A DNA stretch of 64,000 nt from Gammaproteobacteria bacterium (lineage in GTDB: Bacteria > Pseudomonadota > Gammaproteobacteria > Steroidobacterales > Foliamicaceae), in NCBI GenBank assembly GCA_009838035.1, contig VXSK01000030.1, positions 8,683 to 72,682 of the forward strand, in the 5' to 3' direction. This document shows, one piece after another, positions 30,500-39,515 of this stretch. The notes under the pieces are model-generated. The model ran no database searches. It was not told where the DNA came from and was given only the letters and a program-made list of their open reading frames with translations. Position 1 is the stretch's first letter. Each line of letters opens with the position of its first letter. The position numbers and the translations under genes were made by a program.

Positions 30500-31432
30500 T
30501 TGCCTGAGCAAGCCGACGGACTGACGCGCCTGTACAAGTCGCGCTGGGCGCTGCCCAGGCCGCATTCCACCCACAATGTGCAAGTGGACGATGACACGGT
30601 CATCGTCCTCAGGCGCCATGGCAATCCGGATGGCGCCCGGCTCATACTGACTCACGGCAACGGCCTTGCGATCGACTTGTACTATCCCTTCTGGTCGCTG
30701 CTTACCGATGAGTTCGATATCGTCGTCCATGACCTGAGGAACCACGGCTGGAATGAGGTCAGCGCGCCGGACAGGCACAACATGCCCACGCTGGCCGACG
30801 ATCAGGACCGCATTCTGGAAGCGGTCAACTCGACCTACGGAGAGAAACCCGCGGTTGGGATATTCCATTCCCTGGCGGCGCTGGCCGCGCTGCTGTCGCC
30901 CGCAAAGGGCCGGGACTACGCGGGCCTGGTGCTGTTCGATCCGCCGCTTTGCAAGGCCGGCCGCAGCTACTTCGACTTCGATGCCGCGGCGACGCAGAAC
31001 GCCGCCCAGGTCCGCCGGCGCACCGAGCACTTCGCCACGCTGCGGGAGTTTGACGAGTTGCTTGCGATCGTTCCCCTGTACCGGCAGGCGCTGCCCGGCG
31101 TCCACAGGCTGCTGGCCGACACGACGCTGCGTCGGCGCTCCGGCGGCGACGGCTACGAATTGCGCTGCCCGCGCGACTATGAAGCGCAGATCGTCGAATA
31201 TGCCTCGGTCTTTGCGGTGACCATCAATTTCGACTCATTCCATTGTCCGATCAAGGTGATCGGCGCGGACCCCACACTGCCCTACTCGTACCTGCCGAGC
31301 ATGGACCTGAGCCACATCCTGAGCGTGGACTACGACTTTATTCCGGACGCCACCCATTTCCTGCAGGTCGAAAAGCCGGACGAGTGCGTGGCCTCGATGC
31401 GCGGCTTCCTCAACGAGATTTCATTCGACTGA
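30500..31432 (+). CDS. alpha/beta-fold hydrolase (candidate thioesterase / release enzyme)
   Basis: 310 aa from a TTG start (start uncertain). HGNG oxyanion region, nucleophile elbow GIFHSLAA, Asp in LFDPP, His in DATHF. Confidence 0.75.
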   Translation: MPEQADGLTRLYKSRWALPRPHSTHNVQVDDDTVIVLRRHGNPDGARLILTHGNGLAIDLYYPFWSLLTDEFDIVVHDLRNHGWNEVSAPDRHNMPTLADDQDRILEAVNSTYGEKPAVGIFHSLAALAALLSPAKGRDYAGLVLFDPPLCKAGRSYFDFDAAATQNAAQVRRRTEHFATLREFDELLAIVPLYRQALPGVHRLLADTTLRRRSGGDGYELRCPRDYEAQIVEYASVFAVTINFDSFHCPIKVIGADPTLPYSYLPSMDLSHILSVDYDFIPDATHFLQVEKPDECVASMRGFLNEISFD

Positions 31433-32119
31433 AACTTCGTGCGCGACGGCCGCGGCGAATTCGGGGTTACCGATATTCTCCAGCCGCCAGCGCACCTCGG
31501 GCAGGTGCGGAAAGCGAAACTCGCACAGCCGCTTTCCATTGCACATGGCCGCAGGGATCTCGAATTCGGAAATGTGAAGCTGGAAGCCGGTGCCCAGCGC
31601 CTTGACCAGCGCTTCCTTCATCGTCCACAGGCGAAAGAAAAGCTGCCGCCTGCGGTTCGCGCCGGCGCCGGCCAGCCGCGACTGTTCCGCCGGAGTGAGC
31701 GTCTCGCCGATAAGCACGTCCAGGTTGCGGCGAGCGCTTCGCGGTTCCACGTCCACGCCCAGCCTGCCGCGCCCGGCCAGCGCAATCAGCCCATGGCGTC
31801 CGCTGTGACTGACGCTGAAACTGACGGAAGCCGGCTGCCCGCGCACGATCGCCGCCGGCTTCCCATGCTCCCCTTCCTCGAAAGTCAATTCCTCGTTCGG
31901 GCAAGCCAGCCGTTGGCAGAGGATCGCCCGAAGCGCGCCCCTGCATAGGGCAAACTCGCGCTGCGGCGCATCAGCGCGGAAGCGGCTCCAGCGGGCCTGC
32001 TCCTCTTCATCCAGCAACCGGAACGCCTGCCGCTCCCGCTCGGACCGAGGTGAAAGATCAACGTGTACGACATCCGCGTCCCCGGCCGCGCGAAAGGGAC
32101 GCCACCAGCGATTACTCAA
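31421..32119 (-). CDS. Sfp-type 4'-phosphopantetheinyl transferase
   Basis: Motifs GKPAA, FSVSHSG, GVDVE and WTMKEALVKALG. There is no ATG in the relevant region. TTG at 32119 gives 232 aa with the usual N-terminus (...VVHVDL...LLDEEEQARWSRF). The longer ORF to 32665 would run across the divergent gene. The 3' end overlaps the hydrolase gene by 12 nt. Confidence 0.8.
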   Translation of the reverse strand: MSNRWWRPFRAAGDADVVHVDLSPRSERERQAFRLLDEEEQARWSRFRADAPQREFALCRGALRAILCQRLACPNEELTFEEGEHGKPAAIVRGQPASVSFSVSHSGRHGLIALAGRGRLGVDVEPRSARRNLDVLIGETLTPAEQSRLAGAGANRRRQLFFRLWTMKEALVKALGTGFQLHISEFEIPAAMCNGKRLCEFRFPHLPEVRWRLENIGNPEFAAAVAHEVSVE

Positions 32120-32122
32120 TAT

Positions 32123-32139
32123 AATTGGCCGCGCCAATT
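32123..32139. promoter_or_regulatory. perfect 7-3-7 palindrome in the divergent PPTase / SnoaL promoter region (candidate operator)
   Basis: AATTGGC-cgc-GCCAATT lies between the PPTase start (32119) and the SnoaL gene start (32186). Confidence 0.3.
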
Positions 32140-32185
32140 CTAGTGTCGTGTCCCGCGTAAAGGACTGAATTCTACTGGAGCTCGC

Positions 32186-33184
32186 ATGAACGAGATCGCG
32201 AACGCCAAGGCCCTGGTATTGGGCTATTTCGACGAATTCGAGAAAGCCGGTGTGGACGGCATCGAGTCCGTCATAGCTCGCCGCAGCGCCGGGAACCTGC
32301 GCTTTCGGGGCGTGCATCCCTTCAACGAGATTCAGGGTGCGGGCGACATCGCCGAGAAGGTCTGGCGTCCCTTGCGGGAGGCGTTTCCCCGCATGCAGCG
32401 GCGCCAGGAGATTTTCATGGCGGGTCCCAACTGGATCGACGGGACCCTGTGGGTGTCCAGCATGGGGAAGTTTTTCGGCTTGTTCGACAATAACTGGCTG
32501 GGCATTCCTTCCACCGGCAAGATCGCCATGCTTCCGTATTGCGAGTTCTTTCGAATCGACGACGGCAGGATCGCGGAAACCGCGCTTTTCTGCGACATCG
32601 TCAGCGTGATGCAGCAAGCGGGCCTGAACCCGCTGCCGATACAGACCGGCTCCGGCATTCTCCATCCGCCGCCGCGCACGCAGGACGGCCTGCTGTTCGA
32701 ACCCCAGGCAGAAGAGGAATCGAAAAAGACCCTGGAGCTGATCCTGCGCATGTGCGACGACCTGGTCGTCAAGGACGGATGGCAGTCGCCGAATTCATCG
32801 CTGGCTTCCACCTGGCACGACGACATGATCTGGTTCGGACCGGCCGGCATCGGTTCGACCTATACGATCGAGCGCTACCAGGTGCAGCACCAGGGTCCGT
32901 TCCGGGCCGGCCTGGACGACATCGTGTTCAACGGCCACGTCCTGGAGCACGCCGAGGGCTGCTACGGCGGCTGGTTCGGATGGGCCAACCTGAGCCTAAA
33001 GCAGGGCGACGGATTTATGGGCTTGCCGGCGTCCGAGCGGCCGACCGAGATGCGCGTGGTCGATATGTACCGGCGCGAGGGAGACAAGCTCGCGGAGAAC
33101 TGGGTATTCATCGACATGCTCCACTACCTACTGCCGCTGGGCGTGGACCTGCTCGAGCGTTGCCGCTCCATCACCCGCACCTGA
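32186..33184 (+). CDS. double SnoaL-like (NTF2-fold polyketide/ester cyclase-like) protein
   Basis: 332 aa. Two SnoaL-type halves each end with the signature G-x-F-x-G-[IL]-P-x-[TS]-[GE]-[KR]...[FM]-x-R-x-x-[DG]-G-[RK]-[IL]-x-E-x-W...D. The halves are WLGIPSTGKIAMLPYCEFFRIDDGRIAE and FMGLPASERPTEMRVVDMYRREGDKLAENWVFID. Confidence 0.75.
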   Translation: MNEIANAKALVLGYFDEFEKAGVDGIESVIARRSAGNLRFRGVHPFNEIQGAGDIAEKVWRPLREAFPRMQRRQEIFMAGPNWIDGTLWVSSMGKFFGLFDNNWLGIPSTGKIAMLPYCEFFRIDDGRIAETALFCDIVSVMQQAGLNPLPIQTGSGILHPPPRTQDGLLFEPQAEEESKKTLELILRMCDDLVVKDGWQSPNSSLASTWHDDMIWFGPAGIGSTYTIERYQVQHQGPFRAGLDDIVFNGHVLEHAEGCYGGWFGWANLSLKQGDGFMGLPASERPTEMRVVDMYRREGDKLAENWVFIDMLHYLLPLGVDLLERCRSITRT

Positions 33185-34222
33185 ATGCGCATCGCCACCG
33201 AAACCACGCTGCGCAACAAGCAGCGTTACGCAGAGCTTGTCGCCGACTACGCGGATTGCGACTCCGCCCGCATTCGTTCAGCCCTGAAGGAGTTCCTGCA
33301 TCCCGATGTGGCGGTGAATGTCGTGCAGCCGATCAACAGGGTGGCGGGCGCTCAACAGTTCCTTGAACGGGTGATGGAACCGCTTCTGCATTCCTTCCGG
33401 CACCTGCACCGGCGCAGCGACATGCTGTTCGGCGGCGAACACGAGGGCGCCGAGTGGGTGGTCAGCCACGGCCACTACATAGGCGAATTCGTCGACGACT
33501 GGCTGGGCATTCCCGCGAATGGCCAGCCCGTCTGGCTGCATTACGCGGAATTCCACCGGATGGAGGCGGGCCGTTCGGTCGAGTGCTACCTCTATATCGA
33601 CATGCTGGATTTCCTGCGGCAGCTGGGAAGATGGCCTCTTCCTGCCAGTGTCGGACATGAAGGGTTCGTTCCGGGGCCTGCGACGGGCGATGGAATGCTG
33701 CTGTCGGCACAGGATCCGGAACGGTCACGCCTGAGCCTCAAGACGGTCGAGGACATGCTCGCCGAACTCTGGACCGAAGAAGAGGGCTGGCGACCCTACT
33801 GGCACCGCAACATGTGCTGGTACGGCCCTTCCGGCTACGGCAGTTACTTCGGCCTGGAGGGCTTCTGCCGGTTTCAGCAACCCTACGAAGGGATCTTCGA
33901 GCCCGGCCGGTTCTCCAGCGCCTTCCGCAAGTCCGGCGATGCGCGACTCGACGGACAAGTCAAAGGGCATTACGCCCGTTTCGCCGACGGCGCGTACGTG
34001 GCTTGCGGAGGCTGGCCATCGCACGGGGGCTTCATGGTCCGCCCCTGGCTGGGCGTCGAGGGCAAGGGACAGATGTTCACCGTTCGCCTCTGCGACTTAT
34101 GGCGCAGAAGCGGTAACGTGCTGGTCGAAAACTGGGTGCTCATCGACCTGATCGACATGCTCCTGCAACTCGACTTCGACGTATTCCGCGAGGCCGGCAT
34201 CGAACTTCAGATCAGATCGTAG
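33185..34222 (+). CDS. double SnoaL-like (NTF2-fold cyclase-like) protein, paralog of the preceding gene
   Basis: 345 aa. The ATG directly abuts the upstream TGA. Motifs WLGIPANGQPVWLHYAEFHRMEAGRSVE and WLGVEGKGQMFTVRLCDLWRRSGNVLVENWVLID. Confidence 0.75.
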   Translation: MRIATETTLRNKQRYAELVADYADCDSARIRSALKEFLHPDVAVNVVQPINRVAGAQQFLERVMEPLLHSFRHLHRRSDMLFGGEHEGAEWVVSHGHYIGEFVDDWLGIPANGQPVWLHYAEFHRMEAGRSVECYLYIDMLDFLRQLGRWPLPASVGHEGFVPGPATGDGMLLSAQDPERSRLSLKTVEDMLAELWTEEEGWRPYWHRNMCWYGPSGYGSYFGLEGFCRFQQPYEGIFEPGRFSSAFRKSGDARLDGQVKGHYARFADGAYVACGGWPSHGGFMVRPWLGVEGKGQMFTVRLCDLWRRSGNVLVENWVLIDLIDMLLQLDFDVFREAGIELQIRS

Positions 34223-35817
34223 AAGACCGCCAGCGCCACGACGCACAACACGAAATAGACCAGCAGGTACCAGCTCGAACGGTCGATCTTTCCGGGAATC
34301 ACGTACCAGCCGTCGCGCTTCTCCGGCAGCCCCTTGCGCGCGAACTCCTCCTTCTGCCCCTGCACGGTCCATAGCGAGTAATGCTTCTGGCGCCCGTCGA
34401 GCACGAAGCTGGCCGCCAACGACACGCCGATGCTCACGACGCCTCCGAGCACCGCATACCACGGCCAAGCCACGTCCATGTAGGTCTCGACGTACCAAAG
34501 GGCGACAAAGCCCGCAGCGACGCCCGCAAGCACGCCTCTTTGGGTCGTGTGTTTGGAGTAGAATCCCAGGCCGAACATCGCGAGCTTGGAACCAACCAGG
34601 AAAACGCCCACCTTGCTGAGTATCTCCAGCACCGAGGTGTCCGCCCTCTGCGCAACGATGATGGCGGGCACGACCGTCAGGACCCCCCACATCAGCGTGA
34701 ACCAGCGCGACGCCCGCAGGTAGTGCTGCGGCGAGCGGCCTTTCCTGAAGAACTTCTCGTAGAAATCCAGCGTCGTGACCGTCGCCATCGAGTTCAGGCT
34801 GGAATCCAGGCTGGACATGGCCGCGGCGACGATGGCCGCCGTGATCACGCCCATGAGCCCAGGGAGTCCGATCGTGGCCACGAAGTCCAGCACGATCCGG
34901 TTGTCGTTGTCGAAGTCCTTTCCGCCGTAGTAGCTGTAGAGCAGGATGCCGATCAGGAAGAACACAACATAGACCAGAAAAGCCGCGTATCCCATGAAGG
35001 CATAGGCCTTCTTCGCGTCGCCCAGGGTCTTGGCCGCGAGCGTGCGCTGAATCATCATCTGGTTCACGCCGTACACGACGACGTGATAGACCGACATCGC
35101 GATCACGCCGGTCCAGATCGTGGCGACCACGGACGGATCGAAGGTGTACTCGAACGGATTGGCCCGGCCGATCTCCTTCAGCCCCTGCAGCGAACCCAGG
35201 AACCCGTCCGGCAGGTCGGCGATCAGCATGACGGCGACGATCGCCGCGCCGATGAACAGGATGGCGCTCTGGATCAGGTCGGTCCAGATTACCGCGGAGA
35301 TCCCGCCCAGCATCGTGTACGTGACGGCGACCACGGCGATGATGAGGATGGCGTTGACGACGTCCATCCCGGTGATGAGTTGCAGCACCAGCGCGGTCGT
35401 GTAGAGCATGATTCCCGAGTAGGCGATATTTCCGAACAGGAACACGGCCGACATCAGCGTGCGCGACGCCAGCCCGAACCGGCGCTCCAGGTAGTCGAAG
35501 ATCGACGCGACGCCGGTGTTGTAGAAGAACGGCAGGAACAGCGCGTTGACGATGAAGATGACGATCGGGTAGTTGATGTGGATGAAGATGACCGCGAAGC
35601 CGTCCTTGTACGACCACGCCGGTCCGCCCAGGAACGTGATCGCGCCGAAATAGGTCGCCACCACCGACACACCGATGACCCACCAGGGCGTCGTGCGCTG
35701 CCCCAGGTAGTAGTGCTGTGCGGTTCGGACGCGCTTGCTCAGGAAGTAGCCGAGCACCAGCGTGCCCGCCAGGTAAGCGACGACGATCGTCCAGTTCAGC
35801 GTGCCGAAGTCGGTCAT
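34207..35817 (-). CDS. sodium:solute symporter (SSS) family transporter
   Basis: 536 aa, about 13 TM segments. N-terminus LNWTIVVAYLAGTLVLGYFLSKR...YYLGQRTTPWWVIGVSVVATYFGAITFLG is typical of SSS. The 3' end overlaps the convergent SnoaL gene by 16 nt. Confidence 0.9.
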   Translation of the reverse strand: MTDFGTLNWTIVVAYLAGTLVLGYFLSKRVRTAQHYYLGQRTTPWWVIGVSVVATYFGAITFLGGPAWSYKDGFAVIFIHINYPIVIFIVNALFLPFFYNTGVASIFDYLERRFGLASRTLMSAVFLFGNIAYSGIMLYTTALVLQLITGMDVVNAILIIAVVAVTYTMLGGISAVIWTDLIQSAILFIGAAIVAVMLIADLPDGFLGSLQGLKEIGRANPFEYTFDPSVVATIWTGVIAMSVYHVVVYGVNQMMIQRTLAAKTLGDAKKAYAFMGYAAFLVYVVFFLIGILLYSYYGGKDFDNDNRIVLDFVATIGLPGLMGVITAAIVAAAMSSLDSSLNSMATVTTLDFYEKFFRKGRSPQHYLRASRWFTLMWGVLTVVPAIIVAQRADTSVLEILSKVGVFLVGSKLAMFGLGFYSKHTTQRGVLAGVAAGFVALWYVETYMDVAWPWYAVLGGVVSIGVSLAASFVLDGRQKHYSLWTVQGQKEEFARKGLPEKRDGWYVIPGKIDRSSWYLLVYFVLCVVALAVFYDLI

Positions 35818-35830
35818 GCCCTATGCGCCA

Positions 35831-35867
35831 TAAAAAAGACCGGGCTCCGCCATCGCAGAACCCGGCC
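35831..35867 (-). terminator. rho-independent terminator downstream of the TBDR gene (minus strand)
   Basis: On the minus strand, GGCCGGGTTCTG-cgatgg-CGGAGCCCGGTC is followed by TTTTTTAT. Confidence 0.65.
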
Positions 35868-35888
35868 TTTCCGCAAGAATGATGCGAT

Positions 35889-38228
35889 CTAGTAGCGGTA
35901 GCCTACGGTCAGGCCCCACATACGCGGGTTGGCGTAGTCCGTTACCGCAACGTCGCCGCCGAAACGCGTGGCCTTCAGCAGGGTGGCCTCGTCTTCCAGG
36001 TTGGCCACCCAGAAGCGCGCGGTCCAGTCCTGGTTGACCGACATCCAGGCAACGCTCAGGTCCGTCTTGGTATAGGCGTCCTGGTTGCCGAAGAACCAAT
36101 TGGAGTCGTCCACGCGGTAGTCCGAGGAATAATAGAGCGTGATCGACGGGATCAGCGTGCCCGAACCGCCCAGGTCCACCAGGTAGCTGCCGAGCAGCGT
36201 AGCCGTGAAATCGGGGGAGTTCTGAACCTGGAGCCCATCCAGCTGGAACTGATTGGCAATTCCACTGATTGTTTCTCCACCCTCCTGGAATACGTTGGGT
36301 AGCGCAAAGTCACCGTACTCCGCCTGCTGCATACTGGCTCGGGCGCCCAATTGCAATTGATCGGTAACCGCCCAGTCCAGTTCGACTTCCAGCCCCATCG
36401 CGTCGATCTCGCCGGCGTTGTCCGTGAACGCCAGCGTGGTGATCCCGGTATCGACGAAACGCGTTGCGAGCAGATCCTCGAACTGGTTTACATAAAAGGC
36501 CGCGTTCAGGCGTACGCTGCCGTCAGCCAGCAAGCTCTTGCTGCCGAGTTCAAAGGCCGTCACGGTCTGCTCGTCATAGGAATTGGTGCCATTGAAAGCT
36601 CCCTGCTGGTTACCTGCCAGGAAGCCCGTCGATACTGTGGCATACAGCATGGTGTCTTCGCTCATGTCGAACTCCACGCCGGTCTTCCAGGTAACTTCGC
36701 TCCAGTCACCCTCGCCATCTGCCGTATTCAATACCGTGAACGAATATGTCGAACGGTTGTTGGGATCCTGACCGTAAATCTCCCAATCGCGCTGATCATT
36801 GGTATAGCGCACTCCGGCAAGCACACGCGTGGTATCCGTGAGAGCGTAGGATGCTTGGCCGTATCCCGCCACAGAGCTGGTGTCGACCCGAATCTGGAGG
36901 GTCCAGCCGGCGTGCATATTGATGTCCGGCGGGCTGACCGGCGTGTTGTCCACGGTGGAAGCATGATCTTCCCAAAGGAAGGCATTGGTCAGATCTTCCT
37001 GCAGCAGGAACACGCCGACGACCCACTCAAGCGGACCGTCGGAATTGGAAGTGAGCTGGAATTCCTGCATATTGGTCTCCGACGTGATGTCGTTGCCGCA
37101 GGAGGCCGTCAGGTAGGCTGACATATCGCAGTCGGCCCAGCGATACTCTTCGTAGTCCATGTACGCAACGGTGGCTTTAAGGTCGGCGAAATCCGTGGAC
37201 CAATTGAGTTCGCCGGCCAGGGTCAGATCGGACAAGTCCCGCTCGGGGGCGGTATCCTGCTCGATCTTGTAGGGATCGCCGGTGGTCAGCGCTACGGTAT
37301 CCGGCCCGGGCGTGGCGGCGAAGTCAAATCCGGCGCCATAGCGCCCGCAGGTGCCGGCGCACTCGTCGGAACGTCCGATGCGAGGCCTCATGGTGCCGGA
37401 GACACCGTTGGTCAGACCCGTGCCCAGATTGACCGGAATGCCTTCAACGTAGTAGCCGAAGTGGCCGTTGCCGTTGGAATCGTCCTGCCAGCTCTCCACT
37501 CGAAGCGTGAGGTCCAGGGTGTCGCTGGGTGCGAACAGCAATTGCCCCCGGAAGTAGGTCATGTCCGCATCCTTCAGGCCGCCGTCATCGCCGAGAGTGA
37601 TGTTCTCGACGTACGGATCGCGGGTCTCGGTCTTGAGCGCAAACCGGACGGCGGAAGTATCACTCAATGGTGCGTTGAAGAAACCGTCGAAGCCCGCCAG
37701 CGCATAGTCGCCGCCCGAAACCGCGAAACCGTAGTCCGTCTCGGAGGGATCGGGCTTGTTGCTGATGACGTGAATCAGGCCGCCGAATGAATTACGACCG
37801 AACAGCGTCCCCTGCGGACCGCGAAGCACTTCGACCCGATCCACGTCCACGAAACCGGCAAGGGCCTGGCCGTGGCGCGGCCGATACAGGCCATCGGTGT
37901 AGAAGGAGATCGCCACGTCGTTGGCCTCCACCTGCTGGGTCCGCGCGCCGCGCAGGGCGGGCCGCGGATCGGCGCCGGACATCCCGAGCTGCAGGCCGGG
38001 CGCCAGGATTTCAAGACGGAAAGCGTCGGTAATCCCCAGTGCCTTGAGTTCGTCGCCGGACACGGCGGTAACGGCCACCGAAACGTCCTGCAGACTCTGG
38101 TCGCGCTTCTGCGCGGTAACCACGATTTCTTCCAGCGCGCCCTGCGCCTGTGCCCCGCCTGCCGCTCCCAGAACGGCGAGCGCGACAATCGGAATGGCGG
38201 CGCGGGTCAACGTGCCTCTGAGATTCAT
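35889..38228 (-). CDS. TonB-dependent receptor
   Basis: ATG at 38228, preceded by AGGGGA; the ORF track extends to 38345. Signal peptide (AIPIVALAVLGAAGGAQAQ), plug motif LEEIVVTAQKRDQSLQDV, VDRVEVLRGPQGTLFGRNSFGGLIHVI, C-terminal ...LTVGYRY. Confidence 0.92.
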   Translation of the reverse strand: MNLRGTLTRAAIPIVALAVLGAAGGAQAQGALEEIVVTAQKRDQSLQDVSVAVTAVSGDELKALGITDAFRLEILAPGLQLGMSGADPRPALRGARTQQVEANDVAISFYTDGLYRPRHGQALAGFVDVDRVEVLRGPQGTLFGRNSFGGLIHVISNKPDPSETDYGFAVSGGDYALAGFDGFFNAPLSDTSAVRFALKTETRDPYVENITLGDDGGLKDADMTYFRGQLLFAPSDTLDLTLRVESWQDDSNGNGHFGYYVEGIPVNLGTGLTNGVSGTMRPRIGRSDECAGTCGRYGAGFDFAATPGPDTVALTTGDPYKIEQDTAPERDLSDLTLAGELNWSTDFADLKATVAYMDYEEYRWADCDMSAYLTASCGNDITSETNMQEFQLTSNSDGPLEWVVGVFLLQEDLTNAFLWEDHASTVDNTPVSPPDINMHAGWTLQIRVDTSSVAGYGQASYALTDTTRVLAGVRYTNDQRDWEIYGQDPNNRSTYSFTVLNTADGEGDWSEVTWKTGVEFDMSEDTMLYATVSTGFLAGNQQGAFNGTNSYDEQTVTAFELGSKSLLADGSVRLNAAFYVNQFEDLLATRFVDTGITTLAFTDNAGEIDAMGLEVELDWAVTDQLQLGARASMQQAEYGDFALPNVFQEGGETISGIANQFQLDGLQVQNSPDFTATLLGSYLVDLGGSGTLIPSITLYYSSDYRVDDSNWFFGNQDAYTKTDLSVAWMSVNQDWTARFWVANLEDEATLLKATRFGGDVAVTDYANPRMWGLTVGYRY

Positions 38229-38343
38229 AAGCTGTCCCCTAGGATTCCCAAGAAAATGCAAGGGCGTACTATACCTAGCCGCTTGCATAAAGCAAAATAA
38301 ACGCCGGTATTTTGGACAGCTGTTTACGAGAGAGGGGACCAGC

Positions 38344-39504
38344 ATGACGAAGGACGTGGAAAGCGGCTTGCCGCAACTAACCCGGGCGCATATGCCGGCC
38401 GACTACTCCATATCGCTGGCGCAATACACGCGGGGCGGCACCGACCGGTTTCTCGCCGAAGGGCGCGACGACATGCCGGCGCAGTCCATGCGCGGTTTCG
38501 AGGACCAGTACCGCAACATCATCGACTACATCGTCCGCATCACGCACCGGATCTGGGAAGAGAAGGACATCGGCTACATCTACGACACCTACGCGCACAA
38601 CAGCCGGGTGTACGACGACTACGGGCTGCAGTACGGGCGCGACAAGATCGTGGCCGACACCACCCACACCATCAACGCCTTCCCGAACATCCGCCTGGTG
38701 GCCGACGAGATCATCTGGGCCGGCGACGAGGACGTCGGGTTCTACACTTCGCATCGCACGATCATTCAGGGCGACAACACCGGCTACAGTCGCTACGGCC
38801 CGCCCACCGGAAAGCGGGTGTCGCTGTGGTGCATCGCCAACTGCGTGTCGCGCGAAAACGAGATCTTCCTGGAGCACGTGCTCTACAACACCTCGGCGAT
38901 GCTCCGCCAGATGGGCCTCGATCTCGTCGACGTGGCGCGGCAGATGGCCGAGTCGGGCGGGGCCGCGCTGCCCGACGACTACACCGCCGGCGAACCGGCC
39001 CGCCAGCAAGGACAGGCCAAGCCGGCCTATCCCCTGGTTCCCGAAGCCTCGGGAGAGCTGGACGTGGAAGACTACATCCGCAGCCTCTACCAATGCGTCT
39101 GGAACCGGCGGATGCTCGGCACCCTGCAGGGCCGTTACGCTGACAACCTGGTATTTAACGGCCCCACCGATCGCGCCTTCAGCGGCCTCGGTCCGTACCA
39201 GGCATTTGTACTGTCGCTGCTCGCGCAATTCCCGGACCTGGCGCTGGACGTGGACGAGGTCTACTGGATGGGCAATCCGGACGAGGGCTACCTGGTCTCC
39301 ACTCGCTGGAACGCCTACGGCGCGCACCGCGGCAACGGCGTGTTCGGGCCGCCCACGGGGCGCGAGGCGCGGATACGTGGCATCACCCAGCATCGCATCG
39401 AGGACGGGCGCATCACCGAGGAATGGATGCTGTTCAACGAGCTCGACGTCATGATGCAACTCCTCGGCGCCCCGTACGAGGAATCTCCTGAAAGCGCGGA
39501 ATAG
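38344..39504 (+). CDS. double SnoaL-like (NTF2-fold cyclase-like) protein, second subfamily
   Basis: ATG at 38344 after GAGAGGGGA; the ORF track starts at 37921 inside the divergent TBDR. Halves: [24 protein letters not shown]...[31 protein letters not shown] and [13 protein letters not shown]...[31 protein letters not shown]. Confidence 0.8.
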   Translation: MTKDVESGLPQLTRAHMPADYSISLAQYTRGGTDRFLAEGRDDMPAQSMRGFEDQYRNIIDYIVRITHRIWEEKDIGYIYDTYAHNSRVYDDYGLQYGRDKIVADTTHTINAFPNIRLVADEIIWAGDEDVGFYTSHRTIIQGDNTGYSRYGPPTGKRVSLWCIANCVSRENEIFLEHVLYNTSAMLRQMGLDLVDVARQMAESGGAALPDDYTAGEPARQQGQAKPAYPLVPEASGELDVEDYIRSLYQCVWNRRMLGTLQGRYADNLVFNGPTDRAFSGLGPYQAFVLSLLAQFPDLALDVDEVYWMGNPDEGYLVSTRWNAYGAHRGNGVFGPPTGREARIRGITQHRIEDGRITEEWMLFNELDVMMQLLGAPYEESPESAE

Positions 39505-39515
39505 AGAAAGACAAG

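Noticed and set aside
31421-32665. Full 414-aa ORF for the PPTase and full 541-aa ORF 56408-58033 for the cytochrome c
   Set aside because: Only the C-terminal parts carry family motifs. The N-terminal extensions run through the divergent SnoaL gene (PPTase case) or are antisense to the amine oxidase gene (cytochrome c case). Both were trimmed to internal starts.
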